Origin: Takakia lepidozioides | Taxonomy: Eukaryota > Plantae > Bryophyta | Assembly (NCBI GenBank): GCA_030704615.1 | Contig: CM060731.1 | Span: 78,244,001 to 78,308,000 of the forward strand | Direction: 5' to 3' | DNA: 64,000 nt | Part shown: piece after piece, positions 1-11,533 of the stretch | Layout of the letters: the number at the start of each line of letters is the position of its first letter | How positions within the stretch are numbered: position 1 is the stretch's first letter | Made by a program: the position numbers and the translations under genes | The notes under the pieces: model-generated | What the model saw: the letters and a program-made list of their open reading frames with translations, nothing else | Databases searched by the model: none | What the model was told of the DNA's origin: nothing

Positions 1-1377
1 CTTTGCTAAAAATCTATGGAATTTTTAGAGTGTGAGTGTGCCATGAAAGATCCACAATCCTGTTTCTAGAACCTGTGCTGGTCTATATTAGAGACAAATC
101 TGTGGATGTACTCCTTGTATGGCTGGGGGAAATGAGGACGTAATTGAAGGGCAGGTCTCTTCTCTTAGCCTGTGCACACAAGGGGACAGGATTTATGTTT
201 CCCAAGGAACTCAGACTGATTTGAGTGGAGAACAGTTGGACGAGTTGATTGCATACTGGGAGTCAGGCATTAGCAGTAGACAACAGACTGCTGTAGTTGG
301 CATTGAGGGCCTCAATACAGTCAGAACTCTATTGGAGCCAGCAGTTCTGCAGCTGTAGGTGAAATACCAAAGTGGGTGAAAGCTAGGCTTGGGACACAGC
401 CAAAGACAGCCCCGGGGACCAAGGTGTTCAGCCACAAGGCCGTGGTGTACTGGAGCAGAGGAGCAGGAGCTACACAAGTTTGTGCAATCAGACATGGTTG
501 CAGCCGGATACGCTCTGCACAGGGCAACCACGAGCGGGGGTTCATCAGCAATGACATGTTTGTTGTGCGTGAAGGAGATGCAGTCATTCGCAATGAGGAC
601 ACCCGCAACCGTCTCAAAGCTTTCGAGTTGAGAGACTATCAGACCCTACCTTTGTTTTCTTTAGTGTTCAGTGAGCGGGAGATAGCAGAGTGTTGCTTTG
701 TCTCTACCTGGCAGAAAGAGGAGGAGGGTTGGTTAGAGCGAGCTACTGTAGCTTGGGACAAGGTTAGTGGCAGGTTTCTGGACATAGATATATCTCCTAC
801 ACCTTACCATCAAGCAGAGCGAGGCACTTTGAGAGAAGTCTGGAAGTTGATAGCATAGATCAGGATTAGATCTTGCTTGGGCGGGCTTCTATTCTTCCCC
901 TCCATCTCTGTACTATTTTCATTACCTTGTACTTGTAGTTGCCAAAGCCTCTCTTGGTGGAGGCCAGTCAGTCCGGGGTTTTGGGCTGGGATATTCTGCA
1001 GGATCAGCGTTGCTGCTGGATTTTGGTGTGGGGGTGTTGATGTTTTGATTTCTTGTGTTTGGATCCCCCCCAACACCTGCATGCTTGACTGTGCGCCATG
1101 TTGGTTTTGTGTGGGCGCTTGCTTTCATAGGGATTAGGCCGGATTTGATCACCGGTCAATCCTAGAGTATGCTGTCGGTGGTGAGGCTGGAGTGATGACC
1201 AGCAAGACCACCAGTGTTTCTTCTATGGTGAGGCTGGGTTGATGACCAGCCAACCATATGAGTTCTTGCGGTGGATGCAGGTGCAGGTGCCCTGAGCCAT
1301 TGGGATATGACCCTTAGACTGCAACAGGTGCCCACCCGTGTCACTATTAGATTAGTACTAGAGCCTTATAGTGTCAC

Positions 1378-4254
1378 GTGGAGGAGGTGCACATTGTGAG
1401 TGTCATTACGGAGTTACCCAAGGGTTTTGAGGGGAGTACGGCTACAAGGAGTGACAGTGAGAGTGGGTTCATAAGACGAGGTATTCGGTTCAGACCACCT
1501 TCACCGCCACCCTCAACTACTGTAGAGTCAGACACAGACTCGGAGGCTTCATCAACAGGTGTGCACTTTCATTCGCCATTGTTGTGGGACGACATGGAGG
1601 AGATGTATGGAGCTACCAAGGGGCCTCGTAGGTACTCTGGAGCTGTGGGCACAATTGAGTTGGATGACTTTATCCAGGAGTTCGACAGCTGGTGTGATTT
1701 GCAGCAGATGCGCAATCCACAGCTATTCACCCCATTCATGGCGTGGAAGGGACTGTTCCAGCATTTGGAAGGCCCGCCTATGGACGATTACCACGAGTTC
1801 AGGCGAGGACATGAAGCAGAGATTGAGGAGTGGAGGATGTATTGGTCACCTGACTACGTCTCCATTACTCGAGGCACGACGCGACCAGTAGCTGCATCAG
1901 TACCAATAGCTCCCACTGCCAGCACTAGTAGTGGAGCAAGTAGTGCTGGTACTTCTGCAGGTGGTACCAGTTCAAAAGGTGCTACTACTCCTCCTGCCAC
2001 GACTACAACATATGTGCCTAGATTCAACCCGGTGGTGGAGTTCTTCCAAGAGTTGCGGAGGAACTACCAAGGTGTACGGACAGAGAAGCTGCGAAGTTTG
2101 CAAGACTTCCAGCGCAAACCCAGTGAGAGCCTGCGAGAGGCGTACACTCGTATGAGGCGCTTGATAAGTGTGACCCAAGGGGTTACTGAAGCTCAGACAA
2201 TCCAGTTTTGGTATGGAATTCTGAACAAGGAGCTCAAGAGAAGGGTGCGAGATGCAACCCTGTTACAAGCAGCCCAACCCACCTTAGCAGATGTGTTTCT
2301 GCTGGCTGAGCGGATTGAGCTCAACATGGTGGAGGAGCGAGTTGTTACAATTGGATTTGGCAAGGACATGCCTGTACGGGGCACAGCTGTCAGCCCACAG
2401 GCACAAGGGACTGCCCAACAGCGTGGTCAGGGGGGCAAGGTTGCCCAGCCCAAGTTCCATGGAGCTTACAGGGGACCTCACGTGCAGAGGCTCGTGGCAT
2501 CTTTTGCAGGCCAACAGCAACCAGGGGTGATATGTTGGACATGTGGAGGACCCCATGTCAAGAGAGATTGCCCAGAGGGTGGCAGAAGGCCGGCACAAGC
2601 ACAGCCTGCACAGTTGCAGTGTGGGCATTGTGGCAAGTATGGGCATGGAGATGTCCAGTGTTATGACTTGCATCCTGAGTTGCGCCCAGGCCAGTTCCAG
2701 TTCCAAGGGAACAATGGTGGCCGGGGGCGAGGTGGACCAGCCCAGAGAGGACGAGGTGGTCGGGCACGAGGTGCAGGCCAAGGGCAACCTCAACATGCCC
2801 AAGGACGCGGAGGTCAGGGTGTTGATCAAGGCATGGCCAACCGGCTTCAGCAGCTAGAGCAGAGGCTCGCTGCCATGGCTATAGCTCAGGCGGTACCGGC
2901 TCCCAGGCGGGACGGTCCACCTCCTGCTCCTGAGGGAGGAGATATGGGAGGCATGGGATTTATGTGCGGAGCAGCACTACCACTAGAGCAGGTGGAGTCT
3001 GCTGCAGCCGTGACTCGAGGAGCAGCACGAGTTCCTGAGCCACGAGGTGCAGAGGTGGAATTGGATCCACAGCGTGGGGAGGCAAGCCGTCAGGCAAGGC
3101 TTCCTCAGTCATTCACATTGGCGGAGACTGTGTCGACGCCATCCATGGCACCTAGTTCTCGCCCGACTGTTACCGAGGCGGAGGTTACTATGCCATTGGG
3201 GAGAGCTACACGTGCAGCATTGACTCCTGCTGCCAAGGCTAGTGCGGCCGGTGTGTTATTGGGGGCAGCCACCTCTGTGTGTCAGGCCCCACTGTTCTCG
3301 GCAACAATGATTGTGATGCCGGGGGTGAGACCAGCTGCAGTGTTCAGACTAGCAGCAACACTCTGTGAGAGTGGGGAGGTCACTTCATCTTCTGCGGAGT
3401 TAGTAGAAGGTGTAGTGGCAGAGGGATCCTCGGATTTGAGGGTCAAGACTGCCACGGCTGCGCCATGGCAAGTTGCAGCTGCCAGATTAACGGAGCTGCC
3501 AGCTAGGCCAGCCATTGAGCGCGCCATGGTGACACCTGGAGTTGTCTTGTTAGACAACCAGGGAGGCATTTTCACTTTGAGTGGACCGGCAGGCAAGAAG
3601 TACCGGCCACTGCGGGTCTTGTTGGACTCAGGAGCTCAGCCACTGATGTTGGGCAGAGCTGCTATTGCAGGTTTGGGCCTCATGGAGGCGGATATGGAGC
3701 CTTGTCCTTTCCAGATACAGACATCTCTGGGAGGATCAGAGCAGGCTCGCGGCATGACACGGCATCAGTTGGCTATTAGACTACAGCCGGATCATCCTGT
3801 AGATGGCTCAGTGATGCGAGCCAATGCCATTGTGACAGACGCGGTCTCTTACGATGTCCTCGTTGGTGGGGCAGTGTTATACCCCATGGGCTTCACCCTG
3901 GATTTCTGGGAGGAGTCAGCATCCTACAGGCCTGGATGGCAGTCAGGGGATGGTCGCCGTGCACAACTCCCTGTGACATTCATTGGGGGTATTGCAGCTG
4001 CCCAGCGGGGCAAGATGCCAACACTAGCCGCCTTCACAGCTGCCGTTAGTTGGCCTGGAGAGTTGCTGGAAGGTAATGCCCATGCAGAGGATGTGCCACC
4101 TCCAGCAGAGCAGGATGACATGCATGGTACGGCGGAGTTGCCTGCCATGGTTGCTCACACTCCGTTGTGGGGTATGAGCAAGGATTTGCAGCAAGCTGCT
4201 GATGGACGGGTGCAACAAGCTTTGTACCGTCAGGAGAGGAGGAGAGTGCGGTGA
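1378..4254 (+). CDS. Gag (two zinc knuckles) + aspartic protease; true start uncertain (first in-frame ATG at 1594)
   Basis: 958-aa ORF; gag-like QRKPSESLREAYTRM, knuckles CWTCGGPHVKRDC and CGHCGKYGHGDVQC, protease LLDSGAQ and YDVLVGGAVL. Confidence 0.9.
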   Translation: MEEVHIVSVITELPKGFEGSTATRSDSESGFIRRGIRFRPPSPPPSTTVESDTDSEASSTGVHFHSPLLWDDMEEMYGATKGPRRYSGAVGTIELDDFIQEFDSWCDLQQMRNPQLFTPFMAWKGLFQHLEGPPMDDYHEFRRGHEAEIEEWRMYWSPDYVSITRGTTRPVAASVPIAPTASTSSGASSAGTSAGGTSSKGATTPPATTTTYVPRFNPVVEFFQELRRNYQGVRTEKLRSLQDFQRKPSESLREAYTRMRRLISVTQGVTEAQTIQFWYGILNKELKRRVRDATLLQAAQPTLADVFLLAERIELNMVEERVVTIGFGKDMPVRGTAVSPQAQGTAQQRGQGGKVAQPKFHGAYRGPHVQRLVASFAGQQQPGVICWTCGGPHVKRDCPEGGRRPAQAQPAQLQCGHCGKYGHGDVQCYDLHPELRPGQFQFQGNNGGRGRGGPAQRGRGGRARGAGQGQPQHAQGRGGQGVDQGMANRLQQLEQRLAAMAIAQAVPAPRRDGPPPAPEGGDMGGMGFMCGAALPLEQVESAAAVTRGAARVPEPRGAEVELDPQRGEASRQARLPQSFTLAETVSTPSMAPSSRPTVTEAEVTMPLGRATRAALTPAAKASAAGVLLGAATSVCQAPLFSATMIVMPGVRPAAVFRLAATLCESGEVTSSSAELVEGVVAEGSSDLRVKTATAAPWQVAAARLTELPARPAIERAMVTPGVVLLDNQGGIFTLSGPAGKKYRPLRVLLDSGAQPLMLGRAAIAGLGLMEADMEPCPFQIQTSLGGSEQARGMTRHQLAIRLQPDHPVDGSVMRANAIVTDAVSYDVLVGGAVLYPMGFTLDFWEESASYRPGWQSGDGRRAQLPVTFIGGIAAAQRGKMPTLAAFTAAVSWPGELLEGNAHAEDVPPPAEQDDMHGTAELPAMVAHTPLWGMSKDLQQAADGRVQQALYRQERRRVR

Positions 4255-5369
4255 TTGCACCAGGGCCACCTCAGTTGTCGTCATTGGACACCACACCTCT
4301 TGTGTGGCAGCGGCCGGATGAAGGCATTTGCCTTCTGGACTTGTTTGGCGGGATCAGCATCGGATTGGCTGCTGTGCTACAGGCAGGTGTGCGGGTAAGG
4401 CGTTACCTGTATGTGGAGAGGGATGAGACTGCACGACGCGTCTCACTGCGCCATGTGGCTCAGTTGGTACAGCAGTACCCTGAGTTGTTGCCTGTGTCTG
4501 CAGTTCGTGGATACCAACAAGCCTTGCCAGCAGACATTTCATTGTTGGGGGCGCAAGATTTGGAGCAGGTTGGCTCCATTGATCTGATAGTGGCAGGTTG
4601 GCCCTGCCAAGGGCATTCATCAGCCGGGCATGGCAATGGATTGCGAGACTCGAGGACGGGTCTGTTTTGGGAGATGGTGTAGATTTTGCGCTGCTTGCAG
4701 CTTCATCAAGCTGTATCTCCAGCATACATCTTGGAGAATGTACCACTGATGGGTGATTCTCGGGCCAGGGTGATGGCCAGTGTGCATCAAGTCCGGTCGT
4801 GGCTTGGGTCAGCAGTGTTGCTGGATGCAGCTGCAGTGGGGTCACGGGCTCATCGTCCACGACTATGGTGGACTAACTTGATGCCACCCGCACTGCTCAA
4901 GCGTGCATTTGATGGGGTGCAGCGGCCAGCACACCTCACCGTGGATGGTATTTTGGACACAGGAAGGCAGTCTCAACGTGTGAGACACGATGACCGTTCG
5001 CCTTTGGCAGTGGTCAATAGGGTGGGTCAACCACGAGCAGCATTACCTACACTGCTCAGCTTCCCAGGATCCCATGCTTTTCGGGATGGTGGACCTGGCC
5101 TCCTGTGGGATGCCCAGTTGCAGCAGTTAGTGGAGCCTAATGCCGACGAGCGAGAGCGGGCTATGGGGTTTTCCACTGGGACCACGGCGGTGCCTTCTCT
5201 TTCTGAGGCATCACGTCGTCAGGTGTTGGGGCAAGCAATGGATCTCAATTGCTTGACCTGGATTGTCAGCTTGGCTATGGCTGAGCAACGTAGAGTGCGG
5301 AGTGCACTTCCCTTGACGGTCTCTCTGCCTACCGAGACGGTACAGGCAGCGAGGGGGGCGAGCCGGTGA
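4251..5369 (+). pseudogene. C5 cytosine DNA methyltransferase domain inside retrotransposon pol; in-frame TAG at 4680-4682
   Basis: Motif I LLDLFGGIS, motif IV AGWPCQGHS (catalytic PC, 4602-4610), motif VI YILENV, motif VIII AHRPRLWWTN, motif X RRQVLGQAMD, in canonical order across ORFs 4251..4682 and 4686..5369 (same frame). Confidence 0.9.
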
Positions 5370-5730
5370 GGACCACGAGGTGTAGACATCCATGGCACAT
5401 GTGGGAGGTGCTCGAGGTTCAAGGGAGTTGGCAGCCAAGGCAGCTGTGATGGATGAGGTTGGGGATTCTTCTCGGGTTGAGGAGGTTCTCAATGATGAGA
5501 TGATGGGGCAGGATGAGGCCTTGTCATTGACTGAGCAGGAAGGGGGTACTGCTCAAGAGGTTGCAGCATAGCAACCACGGGACGCGTCCTCTACCTCTAA
5601 GCCCACTGGACTTAAGGTTGCAGTTACGGAGGACAATTGGGAGCCTGTCATTGGACCCATTGTCACCGGAGGAGAGAGACGACGTATACGGCGGTTCCTG
5701 AGGGCTTACAGGAATTGCTTTGCCTTCAGT

Positions 5731-7054
5731 TTGAAGGACTTGGGAGCACTGAAGGGTCAAGAGATCCGTATTGAGTTGGCCACTGACACGCCAATCTTTC
5801 GGAGACCCTATAGATACAGTGACATGGAGAGGTCTTTGATTCAGATGAGGACTCAAGATCTCTGGGAGGCAGGTTTGGTGGAGCTCTCTGGTGGAGAGTA
5901 TGCTTCAGCCACAGTGATGCCAACTAAGAAGGATGTCTATGGCAATTGGACGGAGAGACGTATGTGCGGTGATTACCGGCCTGTAAATCGTCAGACCAAG
6001 TCCGATAGGTATGCCATGCCAACACCAGAGGAGATCTTTGATGCCATTGGGCATTCCAAGGTCTTTAGCACGTTGGATTTACGATCCGGATATCACCAGT
6101 TGCCGATCAAGGAGGCGGATAAGCAAAAGACGGCATTCTGGGGGATCAATGAGCACGGGAAGGATTGCCTATACCAGTGGCGGTTCTTACCATTTGGGCT
6201 TAAAAACGCTCCCGCTGAGTTTCAAAGAGTCATGGACAGGATTCTAGCAGGGGTGGAGTTTGCTCGGTGCTACATAGATGACATCATCATCTTTAGTGCT
6301 ACGGTGGAGGAGCATGAGAGACACCTTCAGGGGGTATTTGAGCGCTTGAGGGCGCACGGATTGAAGTTACATCCGGGAAAGTGCAAGTTTTTCCACAACC
6401 AGATTGAGTATCTGGGTCACATGATATATCCTGGAGGATTGGGGGTACAGCAGACTAAGGTAGAGTCCATTGCACAAGTTCCACGCCCCACGGATGTGAG
6501 CCGAGTTCGAGCTTTCATGGGGTTAGCAAACTATTACAGACGGTTTGTTAAGGGATTTAGTGCCATTGCAAAGGCTCTAACCAAGCTGACCAAGGTGGAC
6601 CAGGAGTGGCAGTGGGAAGATGAGCAAGAACAAGCTTTTCAAGAGCTCAAGGCGAGGTTGACCTCGGCGCCCATCTTGAGACGACCTATCAGGGGGTCCT
6701 TTTCAGCTGCATACAGATTGGAGCATGCTGGGGCTTGGAGCGGTGCTCACACAGGTGGATGATGAGGGAAGAGAGTTCGTAGTGGCTTATGCTAGCCGCT
6801 CGAACAATGCTGCAGAGTCTAAGTATAGCTCATATGAGGGAGAATGCTTAGCTGCAGTGTGGGCCGTGGCACACTTCAGGTGCTATCTATATGGCAATCT
6901 CTTCACCCTTGTCACGGATCACCAACCACTCAAGTGGTTGATGGAGTCAGACAAGCTTACGGGGAAGCTTGCACGGTGGGCACTCATCCTTCAAGAGTAT
7001 GACTTCAGGTGGTGCATCGACCGGGTTTGGTCAATCGCAATGCAGATGGGTTGA
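5731..7054 (+). pseudogene. Gypsy reverse transcriptase + RNase H (frameshift near 6695)
   Basis: [31 protein letters not shown]; then LGAVLTQ, YASRS, YEGECLA, VTDHQPL. Confidence 0.95.
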
Positions 7055-7133
7055 GTCGCAATCCATGCACGAGCCAGCAGGATGACACTGGAGCTCGGTG
7101 GCATGGTGAGACGGACGAGGAGATGGTGCCCGG

Positions 7134-8561
7134 ATGGCATGCATCTGCATTTCTGTGTATCTGGCAGCGGAAGGCCAGGTTGGACCTGCAACAGGGATGA
7201 CTGTAGATCAAGTGTCTGAGGACCCTGAGGCCAGCAATGAGCAAGGTGGCGCCAAAGATATACATGAGGATTCAGTTGTGTTGGACTACCTCCGCACTGG
7301 AGACACGACAGCCACTGTGACTGCCAAGGAGAGGGATCGGATCCTACAACGAGCCAAGAGGTTCAAGTGGGAGGGGACACACTTGCTCCGAGTGTGGGAG
7401 GATGGTCGAGTGAGGATTGTGCCTCACCCAACACAGCGGGCACGGTTAGTGCGGCATGCCCATGAGGAGTTGGGGCATTTTGGGGTGCGACGCACTCATA
7501 GTCTACTACAGGGGCAGTACTGGTGGCGTGGTATGCACACAGAGGTGCAACAATTTGTGGCTAGGTGCATGGTGTGTGACAGGGTGCGTGCTTCATTCAA
7601 CGCCCCTACTCCACAATTGCACCCTCTTCCGATCATGGGATTGGGCTACAGGTGGAGTCTTGACTTCGCAGGGCCGTTGCCACTGACCATGCGCCACAAC
7701 AAGTACGTGTTGGTGATGGTGGAGCACTTCTCCAAGTGGATTGAATTGGTTCCATTGCCTGATAAGGCTAGTGAGGGAGCTGCGTATGCATTCCTGGATT
7801 GTGTGCTTAGCCGATTCGATGCTCCAGCTGAGGTACTCACGGACCAAGGGAGAGAGTTCTTGGGGGAGTTTCAGGCTTTGTGTGACAAGGCCTTGATAGA
7901 CCACCGCACCACTTCTCGGGATCATCCTGAGGCCGATGGCTTGGCAGAGAGAGTTGTTCAGACAGTAAAGAGGGGTTTGCGCAAGTATGGCTTGCAGAAG
8001 GGACACCTAGGAGATTGGGACCTTCAGTTACCCTGGTTAGCCATGGGCTACAGGTTCAGCAAGCAAGCATCACTTTCCTTCTCACCATACTTTCTTCTCT
8101 TTGGCCGAGAGCCGGATTTGCCTACATCCATTCGCAGAAAAGCTGCTACAGTTCTTAACCTTGACGATCCGGACGTGTGGGCACGTGCATGTGAGCAGCG
8201 TGCAGAGATGTTCAAGAGAGTCATGCCCATGGCTTTCGAGAACCTTGCCATTGCACAACACCGTGATACGTTGAGGTATGCTACCATACGTGGTGGGGGC
8301 TATCGTCCTGGGGTTCGGAGATTCAACCCTGGTGACTATGTCTATCTGCAGCAGACTGCTCCTACAACCCTGGATGTGACTGCAGGACGTGTTATTTTGA
8401 GGGTTCGAGAGGTCTTGCCCTCAGGCGTCTTGGTCTTGGAGGGTCGGGATGGCATAACTTGGAAGGACCATGTGCGTAATTGTGCGCCATGTCACCTTCC
8501 GAATGTCGATGGCAGGATTGACCCAAACCTGGCAGTGGTATCTGCAGGTTTGAGGTGCATG
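7134..8561 (+). CDS. Gypsy integrase (HHCC + DDE), truncated at the start of a PHD finger
   Basis: HEELGHFG...CMVC, WSLDFAGP, LTDQGREF, DGLAERVV, SPYFLLFG; ends LRCM at the junction with a foreign fragment. Confidence 0.92.
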
Positions 8562-8990
8562 TTTTTGTGTTGATTTTGGTTGTCTCAATGCCATGACCAA
8601 AAAGGATGTTTATCCCTTACCACGTACTCATGAGACCTTGGACCAACTCAATGGTGCCACCATCTTTTCATCGTGGATCTAGCTGCTGGATTCTGGCAGG
8701 TTCCTTTGACAGAAGCCTCCAAACACAAGACGACCTTCACTGTAAGTATGGAATATTGTTTCAATTCTAAACTGTGCCATTTGGCCTTTGCAACGCCACC
8801 GGGCCACGACGTTTCAACAATTAATGGATGTGGTTCTTGGCAACCTCAAGTGGGAATGTGCCTTGGTTTATGTCGATGACATTAATGTTTACTCTTCTAG
8901 TTTTTATTCTCACCTGCTGGATCTTCAAAGGGTTTTCTGTAGGCTCAGAGCAGCGGGACTGAAAATTAAGGCAAAGAAATGTGATATTTG
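8562..8990 (+). pseudogene. Fragment of a different gypsy RT replacing the middle of the PHD finger
   Basis: KKDVYPLPR..LDQLNGATIFS, DLAAGFWQV, YVDDINVYS, LRAAGLKIKAKKC; clearly different from the RT at 5731. Confidence 0.85.
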
Positions 8991-8996
8991 CATGGA

Positions 8997-9050
8997 CCTC
9001 TTGAGATGGTTCCGGATGGGGATTGGTTATGTCCACATTGCATTGGATAG
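8997..9050 (+). pseudogene. C-terminal half of a PHD finger ending pol
   Basis: Hand translation PLEMVPDGDWLCPHCIG* matches the PHD C-terminal consensus PPL..vP.G.W.Cp.C; not in the ORF track. Confidence 0.8.
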
Positions 9051-9310
9051 TGGGAGTGAATACAACCATGGAAGGCTAACAAGAAACGCAAGGCCCAGCT
9101 ACTAGGAGACCTTGAACACACGAGATCCTGGCTCAAGCTCACAGATTGCAAGACGGTGACTAACGATGGGGCTACTCTTGTACCCGGCCTCTTGGTTGAT
9201 AGAGTTTGAGCACGGTAGGGACAGTGATAGAGGACTTAGTACGGCTGTGGCTATTACATCTTGTAGCTATCTGGAGGTAGAGGGACCTATCCACCAGCTA
9301 GGGGGGCGAT

Positions 9311-9745
9311 TGTGGCAGACTACTTTATTGTGCATATATGTGTGGTGTGGTTTGGACAGCGATGTAGTTGTGTAGCGATATGTATGCGCACGACAGCTGT
9401 CAAGTTAAATAAGCACAGTGTGAAAACAGCTAGAATAAAACTAGTTATTTGTATTTAACACTTGGATTTAGGTCAAGTGTTAAATCAGGTGTCAAGTTTA
9501 GTTTGACACCTGGTCCGTCTTATCTTCACGAGAGCGGCAGTCGCGCAGCTCATCTCTCTCGAGTTGAGCCTGCGCGACCGAGCTCCTGCATTGTTTAGAT
9601 CTGAGTGTGCTTATGTAGGGGTATAGGTTGTTGTGGGGTGGAGTCCCCATAGCTTGGGGTGCCCCTGGCTCGACTATTATATTAAAGAGTGATGTTGATG
9701 GATTTCATATTTTGTGTGAACAGTGTGTTTTGAGTTTTCTTATCA
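9311..9745 (+). repeat. Probable 3' LTR of the DNMT-gypsy (TG...CA, ~435 bp) after a polypurine tract; its first 86 bp recur at 9747-9832
   Basis: AGGGGGGCGAT|TGTGGCAGAC at 9300-9320; ends CTTATCA at 9745; exact repeat of 9311-9396 at 9747-9832. Confidence 0.6.
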
Positions 9746-9831
9746 TTGTGGCAGACTACTTTATTGTGCATATATGTGTGGTGTGGTTTGGACAGCGATG
9801 TAGTTGTGTAGCGATATGTATGCGCACGACA

Positions 9832-10966
9832 GTAGTGATTGGGGTGCACGGTTGGTTCAAGGTTATCTTCCTAGTCAAAGAGGGTTCCAGGGAACCCTTG
9901 CTCAAGGTGATGCCAAAAGCGGCATCATGAGCGGTCGCAAGCAATGTTGTTGCAGTAAGGCGATTCGATCCTCGGGGAGGATCGTTCCTTGGCCTTGAAG
10001 TAGGCCAAGAAGAGTGCGCTGGGAGGAGCTGGAGAGGCTCCACCCTTGGCCGGGACTTGGAGGAAGTCGGCCGACCTAGCTAGTGGAGAGTAGAGTCAAG
10101 TGTGGGGTTTGGTTCTTTGCCATGGGACGCCATGGTACGGAAACAAACTCCTTGATGTGGGACGCCACAACTTGGATGTTCGTTTCTACAAAATGGACTA
10201 GTCGATGAGGACATCGACTCCCTGTTGGTAGGGGTGTGTGTCGCGGCCCTTTGCCTTGAGGGCAGGGGGTCGGGACACATGAGGGGCTGCCCCAGTGGTG
10301 GGGGCAGCGGCAACGATAGGTATGGGGGGCTGGAGCACCCTTGACTGCCCAAGGCACTCAAGGAGGCGGAGGCGCTCACTAGGTGGAGCCCCGCACACCG
10401 GGTTGCGGTGGGGGTGGCTCCACAAGGGGTGGTGGTAGCTTAGCGGGACTTAGTGGGGGTGGCATAGGACTCACCATGGGGGCGGAGACCTCGTGGTGGG
10501 AGTCTTGGGGAGTCTTGGGACTCATCACGGTCCATAGGGGCCGTGGTGAGTGGGCCAAGACTCGCCACGACTCATCACCGGGAGTCGAGGGTTTTCGTGG
10601 TGGTTCGCCATAAAATGGCATGGCTGGTTGTGAAACCCCCGCGGACAGCTACAGAAGTATATATAAGGGGAGTAGTGACCCCGAGAACGGTGCAAGCCCA
10701 TTGGTGACCAAAAACTAGTGAGTAAGTGAGCGAGCCGGAAAGCGACCAAAGAGTGGGGAGCTGTTCCGGACTGCCATCTACCAAAGGGAATTCCACTAGG
10801 CCCAAATAGGTGGAGGGTTTAGTGGGAGAGCGAAGGGGGACCGTTATGTCCCGGTGAGCAGCCGAAGCTCCAAGTTGGCCCGGCGGCCAGGTTGGGAGTC
10901 AGGCGCGCGCATCAAAGCGAGTAACTATGACTTGAAGGGGAGCTTACCGACGTGAGGTGCGTGACA
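9832..10966 (+). mobile_element. 3' UTR + PPT + 3' LTR (10239-10966) of the chromovirus family also at 30.2-36.2 kb and 58.3-60.7 kb
   Basis: LTR TGTCGCGG...GCGTGACA; PPT GGTAGGGGTGTG; near-identical to the reverse complement of 30164-31300; TATA-like TATATAAG at ~10660. Confidence 0.92.
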
Positions 10967-11530
10967 GAGATGATTCTGAAGACAAAAATGTAGGATATGA
11001 GTGATGTTGATATGTTCTAAAGTGCAATTGTAAAGATATGCAAATGACTAAAGTGTATGACTGAAACTGTTTCACCGTAATACAGGATAACAGAAACCTA
11101 TCTCTTATGGAAGAGAAAACACACACTAGAGAACAAACCTAGCAGCAAAAGCAAGACTAGACAGACAGTCTAAACAATATAACTGTAAGGTACAACAACA
11201 CAAAAGAGAAAGTGGTACAAAACACACTTATATGCAGAACACTAGCAAATCTTTATAAGCCCCAGACTAGTTTCGCTCAAAACCTGAGCTCTTCAGTGGG
11301 AAGAAAGAAATGGAGTGAAGTACAATGAGCCTCACGCCAGCTTATATACTGTCGAAGGATTTTAATATACTGTCGACAGTTGCTTTGAGATGTTGCAATC
11401 TCTTAAAATCCTTCTTGTATTGTATGAAAGAATTGTCCAGTAACTTTTGAGCAGCCTCCACAAAGGTAGGAGTGTGATCCCGTTTGTTGAAAAACATGCC
11501 CACTCGTGGTCTCGAAGAAGAACACTCCCG
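10967..11530 (-). mobile_element. Inverted PLE segment: ORF1 N-terminal fragment fused to a pLTR (TATA + hammerhead), cut by the chromovirus LTR
   Basis: Minus strand reads RPRVGMFFNKRDHTPTFVEAAQKLLDNSFIQYKKDFKRLQHLKAT (homologous to ORF1 at 38964), then GTATATAAGC, the hammerhead and pLTR-like motifs. Confidence 0.85.
11261..11300 (-). ncRNA. Minimal type I hammerhead ribozyme
   Basis: CCCA-CTGAAGA-GCTCA ggttt TGAGC-GAA-ACTAGT-C^TGGG on the minus strand. Confidence 0.9.
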
Positions 11531-11533
11531 AAT

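Larger units (their letters stand above)
1378..9745 (+). mobile_element. Degenerate Ty3/gypsy LTR retrotransposon, order gag-PR-C5 DNA methyltransferase-RT-RNaseH-INT-PHD-PPT-3'LTR; 5' LTR not found in window
   Basis: Colinear motifs on + strand (see sub-features); several stops and frameshifts. Confidence 0.9.
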
